Below, in pieces: positions 24,568 to 38,100 of a stretch of DNA of 64,000 nucleotides; the stretch's first letter is position 1, and each line of letters opens with the position of its first letter. The notes under the pieces are model-generated. The model did no database searches. It saw nothing but the letters and a program-made list of their open reading frames with translations, and was not told the DNA's origin. The DNA is from Vicugna vicugna (taxonomy: Eukaryota): the NCBI GenBank assembly GCA_013265495.1, contig MU057416.1:552545-616544 (forward strand), in the 5' to 3' direction. The translations under genes were made by a program, and so were the position numbers.

Positions 24568-24999
24568 AGAGAAAGAGCCTCAAGCCGGGGGAAGCCGGGC
24601 CGCTGCGCCCGCCCCCGGCCCCGCCCCAGCCCCGCCCGGCCTCCGGCCCAGCCCCGGCTCCAGCCTCATGGCCTGGCCCCACCAGCCCGCACCACCGCAC
24701 CGGGCCTCCCCAGTCACACGGCTGGCCAAAGGAGCAGGGAGAAAAAGCATTCCAGGCACACTTCCTCTCCTCCGAGGTCCCCTGAGCCTTTAAAAGCGAG
24801 TTAATTGTTGTTCTATGGAAATTCCCATCAGTTAAATAGCTTCAACAGTGCCGCAGGCACAAATTTCCCACATTCAAAAGGCCTATGATGTTTGACTTTC
24901 CTTCTGTTTCCTCTTTCTTGTCTTTGCTTTTAGTATCTGTCTCTTCCTTTCCTTCCTAAGAAATCCATCTTTCTTTTATCTTGATTTTAAAGTAAAATG

Positions 25000-26100
25000 C
25001 ATAGATTACAACTCTCAGAGGAAAGCATAGGAGTCAACTTTCATGACCTTGGGTTAAGCAATGGTTTCTTAGCTATGACACCAGAAACACAAGTGATAAA
25101 AGAAAAGAGTAGATAAATTGAGCTTCATCAAAATTTGTTTAAAAAAATTCGTCTGCAAACTATACCGTCAAGAAAGCGAGAAAGCAATCCACAGAATGCA
25201 AGAAAATATTTTCAAATCACATATTTGATAAGGAACTTGTATTTAGACCATATAGAGAAATCTTACAACACAATAATTAAAAAAAAAACCCAACGATATG
25301 CAAAGCATTTGAATACATATTTCTCCAAAGAAAATGCACAAATGGACAATAAGCACATAAAAACTTGTTCAATATCATTAGCCATTAACGAAATGCAAAC
25401 TGAAGTCTCGGTAAGATACCACATCACACACAGCCAGGTGACTAGCACCAGACAGACAGCACCAGTGCCGACAAGGATGTGGAGAAATCGGAGCCCTCGC
25501 ACGTTGGTGGTGGGAGTGTGACTTGGTGCAGCCATGTGGGGAAGCCTTGCATCTCTTCAGAATGTTAGCTCTTGAGTTGCTGTGTGACCCAGCAAGTCCC
25601 GTCATGAGCATGTATCTATGAGGAATTAAAAGTGTGTCCACACAAAACGTACACAGACATGACACTTCATATCAAGATGACTCATGAAAGTCGAAAGGTG
25701 GAAACCACCCAAATGTCTACAGCTGATGAATGGATATATGCCGTGGTGCTTTCATACGACTGCAGGTCATTAGGCCACGAACAGGAATAGGAATGAAGAA
25801 CTAACACGCGCTGTAACATGAACGAAGCTTGAAAGCACCACGCTGAGGGAAAGAAGCCAATCACAAGACACTGCATACTGTGTGACTCCATCTAAGTGAA
25901 GTGTCCAGAACGGGCAGATCCACACAGACACACAGTAGATCAGTGGTCTCTCAAGTCCGGAAACAGTGGGGTTTCAGGAATGGGAGCAACTGTTAATTGG
26001 TGCAGGGTTTCTTGGGGGGATGATGGAAGTATTCTAAAATTGGGTTGTGATGATGGTTGCACAACTCTGGGAATGTACTAAAAATCACTGAACTGTTTTA
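25000..26100 (+). mobile_element. L1 (L1MB-like) ORF2 end and 3' UTR
   Basis: ggtttcttagctatgacaccagaa, catatttgataaggaacttgtatt, and a 3' UTR ending ggtgatggttgcacaactctgggaatgtactaaaaatcactgaactg-like. Confidence 0.9.
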
Positions 26101-26509
26101 AAAAACAAGAGATGATAGCTGAATATCTTTATTATTTAAATTTAAATACTACAGAGCAAAATGAATTTAATTGTTCAAGCTAAAAGTTTTGTGCAACTTA
26201 TGATATTTTAAATATGATATTAAAAACCAAGTATCCAAAGGGCCTTATCTTCAGCACTCTTTTAGAATTAATAGTGAAAAGAAAGCATTTTGATGTGATA
26301 AAATAAGTATTCTTCAGGTGAAAATGACGTTTGTAAGACTATCTTTGTTCAGCTTAAGTTTCAGAATCAAACTTTTCTTTGCACTGATGACATGGCCATG
26401 GCCTAACCACCAGCTTGTACGTCAACTGGCTTCTGCACGTCCACCTCTCAGATTCACAGACACCCGCACGGGACAGACTGTGTCCCCGCTTTCCTTTTTC
26501 TATCTTTCC

Positions 26510-26632
26510 CACTTTACTTCTGTTTGGGGTGGGGGAGGTAATGAGGTTTATTCATTTTTAATGGAGGCACTGGAGATGGAACCAGGGCCTCGTGCCTGCT
26601 AGGCATGCGCTCCACCACTGAGCTCCACCCTG
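26510..26632 (-). mobile_element. tRNA-derived SINE (Vic-1-like, diverged)
   Basis: ggaggtaatgaggtttattcatttttaatggaggcactggagatggaaccagggcctcgtgcctgctaggcatgcgctccaccactgagct, homologous to the SINEs at 11.4 and 60.1 kb. Confidence 0.8.
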
Positions 26633-28564
26633 CGCTTCCCCAGCTTCCCTTTGCCCTGAGAGGGTGAACCAAGAGCAAAGACCGCGTGCTTCCCCTTGTT
26701 GAGCAGCGCTGGGAAGGCAGCCGTCCTGCGGTGTGGGGCGCAAACTACTCCACCCAGTGATGTCATACTTCTACGGGCTTCTGTGGTTTTGTGTTTGAAA
26801 TGGGAATCTGGAAACCAGAGACTTCTTTGCAATATTCTTACATTAAAAAAAAAGTGATGCAGTGTAACTTTATTTCAAGGTATTGGTTTGTTCAGTTTAC
26901 CTAAATTAGAGCATTTTTATATTCGTGAGTTTTTTTAAAGGTCTCTCCAACTTGAAGCCCACTATTGGCTAATGTTATGTGAATTTTCTTGGTGAGAGTT
27001 GATATGAATTGAGAGGAATCATTCTTTCTAAAAATCAGAGACAATTCCAGTGCCCTGTGTGACTTTAAATGCACGTGTGATGCGAGAAGAGCCTCTGGGA
27101 GCAGTGTTTGTCATGCCCGTGGGCCGAACACCGCAGACAGCACATGCTGGAATCACGGTCCCTTGGTGAGTGAGGCTGAGTGTTCACGTGCAGTGAAAAG
27201 AGAACAGGAAAAACCAAAGGATTGCTTAATAGTGACAGAGGTTAATGGTACCAAGTGTTATAAACTCTCTAATTTCATAAAAACATGCAAACAGATTATT
27301 TTCCTTCCTGAAGAACGTGTGACGCACTCCCTCCTCCGTTCTGAAGTGCTACTGTGGAATTTTCCTTCTGAGGCTTTCGTGCCTAAATTTTCCAGCAAGA
27401 GAATCCCTTTGAAGTCAGTCTGAAGCAATGTCAAAACATATGGGAAAGAAGCTCAAACATTTAAGACTCTGTTTTAAAAGTGTAGAGAAATCCTCTTTAA
27501 AATATGAGCTGAAAGGCAGGAAGGTGCCCACACTGAAAACGATGGCGGTGCTGCGTCTTGTCTTGACTCTGGAAGGCGGAGCACTTCTCGCCTGGGCTGC
27601 TGTCCTCCTGAGCTAGGCTGGCGTCGTGATCTCCTGGAGCTCAAGCTTGCACGTGAGCATTTTCAGACTTACGCTGTGTGTGTGTTCCTTCTGATAGCTT
27701 TTTCATTCTGAAGACAGATGACTTCACAAAGTGTTTAAATTTCACATATAAAGACTCTGTATTTGATTTACACATTATTTTCTACTCTATACTTCCAAAT
27801 ATTCTACAAAATTAAGAGAATGAAAAAGATGACTGCCTGACAGAATCAATTACGGCCCACATGCAGTCCTCTAAGATATGTGTGGTGGTCTGAGTCAGCT
27901 GAAAGGAAGAGCCTGGAAACTTCCAATGATCAGAAGCTCTGCTTTCGTGTAGGTGTTTGGAAAAATCACATTCTTATTTATTCCTACAAAATCTTCTGTT
28001 AATTATTAGAGATGGTGTCATTCCATAATTTCTGACTGCTAAATTGGAGAGACAGCCTCTACCCCTTGGCCAGAGGATAGGTCCCATGAACCCCATGCCA
28101 CCCTAGCACTGAAACTAATCAGAATCTTATTGGTAAACAGAGCCCACGGCCACGGGTGACTTCTGCTGGGGACCCACCGAACCGGGATAGCCCTGGGGAA
28201 GGCTCCGTTCATCCCCAGCCGGAATTAACTGCGCCCACGCCGCTCTGTCATAAGCACGTATTTTGGGCCATTGCCATTGCATTTAACTTATGCTGCTCTG
28301 TGTCATAGCTAGTTGTCTACAGGAACGCCTCACCCTCACTCCAATTGCACAGTAAGCTACCTTCTAGTAAGGCAGGGTGTCTTAATAATTCTTTCAGATT
28401 GCCCAAAGTCTTTAAAAGGCACTAAAATGTTTATGGAATTGAATTAAACAGGTATATTTATATTTATTTTAATATAATATTTTATGTATATTCCCTCCTA
28501 ATGGCTTCCATCTACAAATATAGACGGTTAGGGCTTCTATATTCATATATATATATATATATAT

Positions 28565-29141
28565 ATTCCTCCACTTATGATGGGCTTACATCCTGATAAA
28601 CCCACTGTATGTTCAAACTACTGTAAGTAAAATAATATTTTTGAATGAAATAAAGCAGAAAAATTTTAAATTCAGCGTTATCCTAAATGAAAAAAATCAC
28701 CCCATTGCGATTTCATATCATAATAAAATGCATCTAATACAGCTAACCTACTGTACATCACAGCTCAGCCCAGCTGACCTTAAACGCGCTTAGAACACTT
28801 ACATTAGCCTGCAGTTGGGCAAAACCACCTCCCACAAAGCCTATTTCATAATAAAGTGCTGAATATCTCGTAATTCTTTGAATACTGCACTGAAGGTGAA
28901 AAAAGGGCTGCTTGTCTGGGTGCAGAACGGTGGTGAATGTATCGCTGGTTCCCCCTCGAGACCGTGGGGCTGACTGGAAGTCACCCAGCATCACGAGAGA
29001 GGGCTTCTCTGTATACCACTCGCTTGGGAAAAGATCTGCGTTCAAAATTCAAAGTATGGTTTCTACTGAACACGCGCTGCTTCCACGCCGTCAGAAAGGA
29101 GAAAACATGACTCAAACCACTGATAAGTCAGGGACCATCTG
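28565..29141 (+). mobile_element. Tigger5/MER47-family TcMar DNA transposon relic
   Basis: ttcctccacttatgatgggcttacatcctgataaacccactgta ... gataagtcagggaccatctg|ta, with TIR-like ends and a TA target. It follows a (TA)n run. Confidence 0.8.
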
Positions 29142-29149
29142 TAAACGTC

Positions 29150-29484
29150 TCTGCACTGAAGTGCTGAAGCCTAACCCCAGGGGGAGGGTACCTGGAGACG
29201 GGGTGCGTGGGAAGTGGTCAGGGTTAGAGTGGGTCGTGAGGGTGAAGCCTTCGCGATGGGGTTAGTGGCTTTATAAAAGAGGAAGAGAGGGTGGGAAAGG
29301 CCAGCTGAAGGCAGCCCAAGAAGCCGGACGTCAGCCAGCCAGGAGGAGAGCTCTCCCCAGGAACAGAACTGGCTGGCACCCTGATCGTGGACTTCCCGGA
29401 CTCCGGGACTGTGAAATAAACCGCTGTTGTGTAAGTCACCCGGTCTACACTAGCTTGTCGGGGGACCCAAGCCAACTAAGACGC
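29150..29484 (+). mobile_element. MaLR solo LTR (MLT1A-like)
   Basis: ggctggcaccctgatcgtggacttcccggactccgggactgtgaaataaa...ccaagccaactaagac. Confidence 0.8.
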
Positions 29485-31499
29485 ACACATTCGTATACAC
29501 GTATGTTCACAAAACTGCGTGTCGTTACGCTCATTTAGAAATATGCCTAAACACCGTTATTATGACTCAGTCATTTGAAGCTGGCAGAGTAAACAGCATT
29601 GGTCATATTATTTTTTACAGCTAGGAAAGCCAACCCTCTGAGAAGGCAGGGGACAGAGCTAGTCGACGGCAGAATCAGGGCAGAATCAGGAACTGAATCC
29701 TAATTGAGAAAAATCACATCTTCTCACACAAATGTCCATGCTTTCTAAAATATTACCCTTTAATTACTAATGACATTGCATCTGAAGGCAGTGAATGTCT
29801 GAACTATGTGTTACGGATTATAAGCCAGACAGCGTGATTAGGGAGAGAAGTGGTCTTTTCAATAGAATATTTATATCCCATCCCGACAGTGAGCAAAATG
29901 TAAATACTCAAAACTGTCTACTCACTGAATTTTCAATTAAAAGAAAAGTCTTATTTTTTAATTTCTTTTAGTCCCACATTAATTCAAACACATCCCAGTT
30001 GGTGAAATCAGGTCAGGCGAAGGCTCAGAAGTCAGAGTCCTGAGCTCTAATGAGAGCCTCACCAGTGACAGCTGTGTGACCACAGGTGTGCCCCGTCCCT
30101 GCCAGGTTGACTGTGAAGGTCATGGGGAGTGCACCCTGTTTTTACCTCCCCCAGTTCTAGCCAGCTTCTTCCATGGGACAAGGACCTTCCTTATCTCTTG
30201 GAAGAACTCTAGAGTAAGTTTCCAGGTTTTTCAGATCACTTTTCAGTAATGATAATGCCCTACTGCATGTAAGAGTGAAAACCTCACTTGAGGAAATAGC
30301 CTCTCCCTTTCCTGAGCGTGGTTAATGTCCGGCTGCCCGCAGTGGGACAGGTGACAATGTTGCCTACCTCTTTGTCCTTTCCACTGCTTCTCCCCCTCCT
30401 CCTCGCTCACTGGGCTGCACGGGCAGGGGTGCAGGGGTAGGGGGCAGCTGCCCTCCCAGGTGGTCTGTACACTCTCTGGGCGGGAGAGCAGGTGAGAGGC
30501 TTCACTGGAGAACCACCCACAGACCCTGTGCGAGGCGTAAGGACCAGTCCCAGGGCCGTCCCATAAGACTCCTTCCCCCCTGCCACACTTGTGGCTCCTC
30601 TTGTCCCTCTAAGCAGACATCAGGGAGACGGATGTGAAGCAATATTCTCTGACGTTTTGTTTTGTTTGGTTTGGTTTTTCAAATGACTGAAACTTTTTCA
30701 GAATGGTAAAAAATCTAACGGGGGCTTGGTTACACTGGCTGACTCTTTGGAAGCATAAAACATTACACCAGGGTGGTACTGAACACACTGCAAGAAAACA
30801 ATGAGGGCTTTGTGGGCGTCTGAACACACCAGCCCGGGCTGTCCAATTAAGACAACGTTTTCCTGGGCTGAGGATTTCCAGTGCATCAGCTTGTCAACAA
30901 CAAATCCCATGAGCTTATGCCTTCGAGGACGGGCACCACGATGCTCTGGCCATTGGGGTTTTACTGCGCAAAGTTTATTAAAAGGACTTGCAAGAAGAAG
31001 AAAACTGGGAAGTTCAAAGGGCATGTTGTACTGTTGACATGCTACTCCTGCTCCTGGGCAAGGAATGACTGGAAGAAATAACAAAATTATAATTCCAAAA
31101 TGATCGCTCTTCAATGAGAAAAATTCTCAGTTAAAGTGATGGTGAGAAAGCAAAAGTATTTACAAGCTTTTTATTGACATTATTGAAAGTGTTTCTCCTA
31201 GACACGAGGTTGGGTAAAATACTGTATTCTGAAGACGATCACCTAAGAAGTGTTCATGAGAACTACACGTGAAAATGAGCTTGGGGGAGGGGACAAAAGG
31301 AGGCAGAGCAGACAGGCCCTTCCCGAGGTCTGTGGCTTGCATGGAGGCTGGGGACCACTGTCATCTAAGTACATTTCTTTATAAAACTGACCCGTAAAGT
31401 GAGCTTTGAGGCTCAGTCTAGTTCGCCACGCTTCCCTAACACTTGAAAGATGTAAAATGAAAAGAAGACAAATGTACAGTTGTTTATATTGACAAAAAG

Positions 31500-32112
31500 C
31501 CAGAAAAGATACATGCACCCCAATGTTCACAGCAGCACTATTTACAGTAACCAAGACATGGAAGCAACCTAAGTATCCATTGATAGATGACTGGAGAAAG
31601 AAGATATGGTATATTTATACAATGGAATACTACTCAGCCATAAAAAGAATAACATAATGCCATTTGCAGCAACATAGATGGACGTGGGGATCATCGTTCT
31701 AAGTGAAGTAAGCCAGAAAGAGAAAGAAAAATACCATATAACATCACTCATATGTGGAATCTAAAAAAAGAAAAATGAAAAAAGAGGGCACAAAGAACTC
31801 ATCCACAATTCAGAAAGAGACTTGCTGGCATAGTAAACAATTTTATGGTTACCCGGGGAAAGGGGCTTGGAAGGGATAAATTTGGGAGTCTGAGATTTGC
31901 AAAGGTTGACCACTATATATAAAAATAGATTAAAAAAACAATTTTTTTCTGTCTAACACACAGAGCTGTATTCAATACCTTGTAATAACTTAATGAAAAA
32001 GAATATGCAAATAAATACATGTATATATATGCATGACTGGAACATTATGCTGCACACCAGAAATTGACACTGACACATTGTAACTGACTATACTTCAGTA
32101 AAAACAATAATA
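31500..32112 (+). mobile_element. L1 3' end (relatively young artiodactyl type)
   Basis: aaagatacatgcaccccaatgttcacagcagcac...cattgtaactgactatacttcagtaaaaac. Confidence 0.92.
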
Positions 32113-35100
32113 ACATGTGAAGCACACTTAACTCCAAAAGTCCTATTCCTTTTCTAGAGTCAGTTATTAATACTTCTGTTCATGTTCGTCACTTTTAATG
32201 ATCACAGTTTTTACACCAAATCATATTTAGATTTTGTTTCCCATTTTTTCACCAAACAAGGGAATAAACCTGAAAACTTACCAAAATTTGTGTAAGAACA
32301 ACTCAAAAGCCTTGGAATGTGTGTTTTGCATGCAAGTGATTCCACTGTGAACTCTGCTGTGAGTCCCCTGTGCAGTCAGGTGTGGAAAGTTCTCTAAGTA
32401 CTGCCCGACAGCACACGTGATGCCATCCAAAAGGTTTATACCTGGACAAACTACAAAATAACCAACGTGACAGACTCAGGTCCTCCAAGCAGAAGAACTG
32501 AACTCAACTTAGAATAAAGAACAGTATTATGAGATACTAAATAATCACTTGATGTTAAAGCACCAAATACCCCAAATACAGTTTAAATCACTAGACCCAG
32601 GCTGTGGATTTACCAGGTGCTTTTAGCACAACACAGCTGTTTTTTTTAATAATTTGCTAATAAATAATATTCACCCTACAAGACCTTATTCTCTACCTGC
32701 AAAGTAAAGAAGTTTTGAAGGTTAGTAGAAAGCAGAACAGCATCAGTAAGTATAAAGTATCTGTAATGAAAAGGAGGGAAAAACAGGTGTTAAGAGTTTA
32801 AGTCAAAATGAAAGGTTAATGAGCCCCACGTTCCACAACATCATTTATCAGGTACGTTTATGCTGTGGATCTGCAAGTTAGATTTACAATGTGATGGGTA
32901 AGAGTAAGTGGACCAGAAAGCAAATTTCCTTTGTCCTGTTTCTCATCCATCACTGGTCTGAGAACTATTTGGAAGAAGTCAGGACAATGTGTGGAGCGTT
33001 TTGTTGTCTTTTCTTTTCCCCTTCTTTCTCTTAATGCTACAGATACTTAAGTCAGGAAAGCTTTTGGAAAGAATTTACTGAGTTAATTTCCAATAAAGTT
33101 GTTTTTGTTTGTTTGTTTTTTTAATTTTGCTTAGAGACCCAAAATGTCAGCCTTTAGCAGCTTTCAAAATAAAGCATTCTTAGCAATCTGGCAGAACTCA
33201 CTAAACATGGGAAACTTAAACCTGGACAGAAAATAAAAAAGGGTACTGTTGACCTGTATGAGAAAGCTCACGCATTCATATTCAAATGGCATGGCAGAGT
33301 CAACAGATGTCACTGAATCATGGATTTTGTAGAATGTCCAGCTATTTTGGTGGAAATGAGGTCAGAGTTTCAGAATAGATTGAGTTTCATGAGTATAATC
33401 AAGCTTCAGGATTCCGAGCTTGCATCTGGGATAAACCTTTAGGAAAATTCTACATTCTCATTAAATACGTCATCAGTGAGATCCAGCTTCAAATTAAGTG
33501 CCTAAACTAAAAGAAAAATATCCTAAAAAAGCAAAAACAAAGCAAAACAAAACAGGCTCACTTCAATTTGGGAAGTGACATTATTAACTGTAATGTGTGT
33601 AAACTGACCAAACATGCCCATTAGTTTTTTTAAGATGAATTCAGTCTCCTTTGTGTCATTTTGAGAATGAGTCTCTCTGTTCCCTGCTACCCCAGAACCT
33701 AGCGCGGTTTCCGACAGCAGCACGTGCTCATGGAATGCCTTTGGAACAAAGGAATGAATAAATAAATGAATTAATGCTAAATACATATTTTCCCTAACTG
33801 GATCAAAATTATTCAGTGACCAACGTTTTCTCCGTAACAGCACACTAAAGGATGAACAAGGTTGGTTTATTTATTTCATCCACCGTTTGAGAAGTTGAAA
33901 GTCTCTCTCTCACCACTACTCTAAGCACCATTGTGAGTAAAGTTTGCAAAACAGACAAAATATAAATTTATGGTCATATGACCAAGTCAAAAAACATGGA
34001 ATTCCTAATGGAATCACTTCCTTAGAAATTACCCAGTGACATAAATTGGCTGTGTATAATGGAATGAGAGGGGCATATTTTTATTTTAAGCTTTGTTTTC
34101 AGTTTGGTGATTTAAATAAATGATCACTACCTACTTTATCCTCTGCTTCTGTGAGAGGGAATCCACAGAAAAGATCAGCTAAAGGAAGCCAGAAAAGATT
34201 ATATAAAATAATTATAACCATAAATGTAATATTAATATTTTTTTCTATTCTGATTTATTATGCATCTTTTTTCCTTAATCCTGGACTTCTAAAACAAAGT
34301 AGTTCTCATTTTCATTAGTATGTATCTACCTACATCTGTATCATATCTACATCCATCTGTAAAAATAGAGAATGGAAAAGAGAAAGGATAAAATCTCAAA
34401 ACAACCAAAGCTTAGTAAAGTAAGACATGAGAAGAATTAGTTTATAATCAAACTCACCTGCTTCTATAGAGTTAAATCTATGTAGATAGTTACAGTTACA
34501 GGTGTGTGTGTATGTATTTTATATATACATGTATACACATACACAGACAGATACAGGCAATGTATGTGTCTCGCCGTGCACTGAAGTACAGTACAGCAGA
34601 AACCAACCTCTAAGACCTCAGAATGGGTCCTGACAACAACTGAGCTGACGGCAAAGGAAGGTTCTCTTTAAATGCTCAAAAATTTAATAAAATTCAGCAG
34701 TTCCCCACACATAGTAAAATTCTGATTAGTATATGGGCTTAAGCTGGGAATAAGCCTGTATAACTTGCCATTAATAGATCCTGTTAGGGTGCTGCGGCAT
34801 TCCAGAACCATTACACGATTCTAATTTATCACCCCTGCAGCTGCTCCACCTGGGTCTTACAACGGGATTAGACTCTCACTTGGAAATTCTTTCTAATTGA
34901 GATCCCCGTTGTAAGTGAAACCGCAGCAGCCCCCGAGTGCTGAGATACACTTTTGACGGGAATGCACGGGAGATGTTTAGCAACGAAAGAACGTGATTTG
35001 TGGGCGTGGGCCAGAACCAAAGAGCTCTTAGCAGGAGTTAACCACCTCCACCGTGTCCAGATAAACCCACCAGCAACAGATTTCCATCTGAACACAGACC

Positions 35101-38100
35101 TGTTCCCTCCATGCGCAATATGTTTCCAAAGAATACAGTTTTCCAGAGAATAATGAGCACAGTGCAGAAGAATATGAATTAATTCAGCTTTGTCACACAA
35201 CAGCTATCCACGGAGAATGCAAAGGAAAAGAGAGGGTCAAGTCTTCGTAAAGTAAGACCTGAGAAGAATTAGCTTATAATTAAACTAATCTGCTCTCCAC
35301 CTCTCCTGTGACTCCTTCATCAGCACCCCTCCCCCACTCCAGAATCTGCATTTGAAAATGAAAACCAAGTGGTATTTACTGGATTGGGGGCATACTGGCC
35401 AGGGGAGCGGTCACCGAAATTTTCTAAAAGAGAATACATTTTCTAAAGAGAATCACACACACACGCGTGTTTAAGGGGTGTCTCATTACACAAAATAAGG
35501 TCCCAGAGACAGCAGAGCCAAGACACGACGGCAGCCTCTTCACCCCACTGGTGTGAGTTCCAGCTCAACCACCTCAGCAGCCTGGACAAAGCGGCCAGCT
35601 TCTCACGGTCCTGGTCTGCTAAGTGGGGACACCAGCGGTCCTACTGCAGACTTACAGGGTGAAATGAGATCGTTACCATCAAGTGCTGAGAACAGTGCCT
35701 GGCATAGGACGCCTCATCAGCGAGTGTCTTCTTATTTGAAGGTAGAAGAAAAGTGATAGGTTTTCCTTACTGAACGTGTCGCAGTCGCTTCTCTGACTAG
35801 CCGGACTCCACGGGCAAACCTACTATTGTCCCCTTAGTTTTCACGTTTGTAAAATACAAACATTTTTTATAAACTGCTGAGAGAATCCAATGAGATGATG
35901 TGTCTAAAATGATCAAATTTCAAGTGAACTCCAAGTGCCAGTAATTATCTCATACTCAGCGTCCACTGCACGAGACGGAAGTGACCACGCATTAAGCAGA
36001 AATTGGCACAACAGAGAGGGGCTCTTTAGAGGGGGTGTGAGAAGAGACTGCAGGGAAACGCTCAGGGCTAGCCATCTTATTTCTCAATTTAAGTGGCTAT
36101 GTTTTTGGAATTCAGCTTAATTGCAGGGGTAGCCGTGTCCCCTCTACTCGGGACTACGCCCTTCTGGAGGCTGCAGAAAGTACGCTCACTCCATACAACA
36201 GATAGGCTGGTGTTTTCCTTCTCAGATCTGTTTATGCTTCTTTTCTGTTTTCTAAGGTCACGAGGAGAAGAGCATGAATTATTTCACATCTGCAGGTCAC
36301 ATTAAGTTGCTGAATTACTTTCAATTTCCTGCCCATCAAGACCCTCACCAGGCTTGCACACCAGTAAAAGATGAGCTTAAATTTAGGTCTGTTCCATTTC
36401 ATTCTCTTTTTACGTCAGGACGCAGTGCAAGAATCAAGTGAGTGGGTAACAGACTCATTTCTGAAACTGAGCAATTAGCCCCTGAATACTTTAAAATGTA
36501 CCATCTTTATTTTTTAAAATTTATTACAGTTTATTTTTCGTTAAAAATTTTTTAAAAATGGTAAACACCTAGTCTCAGGACAAAGAGTAGGATATGCTGA
36601 GGTGACACCTACTGTTCTCGGTTCTCAGTGGTAAACACCAGTGATGTTGGGCCAGCCGTATTCCTGCATCACGGCTATGTATACAGTGTGGCGCTGTGCT
36701 CTTTATAAGAAAAGGAATTAAAACCTCAAAAGAAGCTTAAGCTGGGAGCTTGTAATTCAAGCTTCTAGGGACAAAAAGTTCGCACGGTGTGGCCATTTTT
36801 TATTTTAAATGAAAATACGTATTTTCCCAACACGCTATTTCAGTTCCACAAAGAGAGGCAGTCAGGAGACTTTATGGTGAAATATTTAAAGAGAACCTTG
36901 AACACTCGCCAAAAAAATGCCTTTAAGCTCTCTTAAAACAACTCAGATCCAGGATTTTATTTGCTTGTTAGGCCTGTGAGGGGCTCAGGCAGACTTTTAT
37001 AAAGAAAGAAAAATTCCTCTCTGGGTTATGACTCTAATGGCTTTGTGAATTATTTAAAACAAAAGCCAGAGCAAGAGGGGCACGCGGTTTTCAAAATGAC
37101 TCTGGAAAGACAGGTAGCAGACTTTGGAAGAGAGAATTCAGCCAAAGTATGGAAAGAGAGCTTAAATGCAAAGTAAATAAAATATACTGAAGAAAAGAAA
37201 TACTGTTTTGCAGACAATTAATTAAAATTAAATCCCCCAGAGACTCTGCGTGACCAGAGCTGCATCTGGACGTGGTGCGTCAGACCTGGGACAGGGACAG
37301 TCGCGTCCTGACCTCGGCAACTGTCAGGACTGACCATTCCTGGAGGCCAGTGTGCTGTTCCAGGCAGGGAACGCGGAGGGAGTCCGTGGTCGCGCTGAGG
37401 GGAAGAGGAGGACCCCGGGGGCCGAGGAAGCTCCATGGCTTTCATCACTCCTGACTGAGCGTCTCAGTTCTGCCACTCAGACTCCTCCTACCTCAAGGCC
37501 AACCCAGATGTCACTTCTCTTGTGAAAACGTCCCTATTCTTCCTACAGAGCATTAGCCTCTGACCTGTGAGGTCCTCCTTCAGTGCACTTGACAAAATAG
37601 AGAGGGGCTCTTTAGAGGGGGTGTGAGAAAAGTGTGCATGGTGCGTGTGCTTCCTTCAACAGTCACGCTTTTAGGGTCTGACCCATATCTTCAGGTTTTC
37701 ACCATTTTCACACCACAGAGAGCTTAACACATAAATCACATAGAAGAGATACTCAACAAGTTTTGGGTTAATCACGTTAAATAATTTCAACCCAAATTTA
37801 GATAGCATAGAATGTCATATAATGAAGTATTTAAATATAAGCCCCATGAGGACAGAGGCCCTCGGTGCCATATTCAGTTCTGCACCCCTACTTCTTACAG
37901 CTGTGTCTGTCCTGTAGGAGCACTAGCTGAATGAAGGTCATCAAATGTGTGACTAACATTTACCTAACTCTTCCGGTGGGCAGTCAGAACTTGGTCCTAT
38001 AAGAAGATTCTGCAGGAATGAAATATGGTGGCTGTTCTCAGAAAGCTTAAAATCCAAGAGCTGATGCACATGACAACAGCAGAAATGAGAGGGTGGAGGA

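Noticed and set aside
35040..35087. GNLLLVGLSGHGGGG resembling a P-loop/dynein AAA motif on the minus strand
   Set aside because: No GK[ST], an immediate stop follows, and there is no further similarity.
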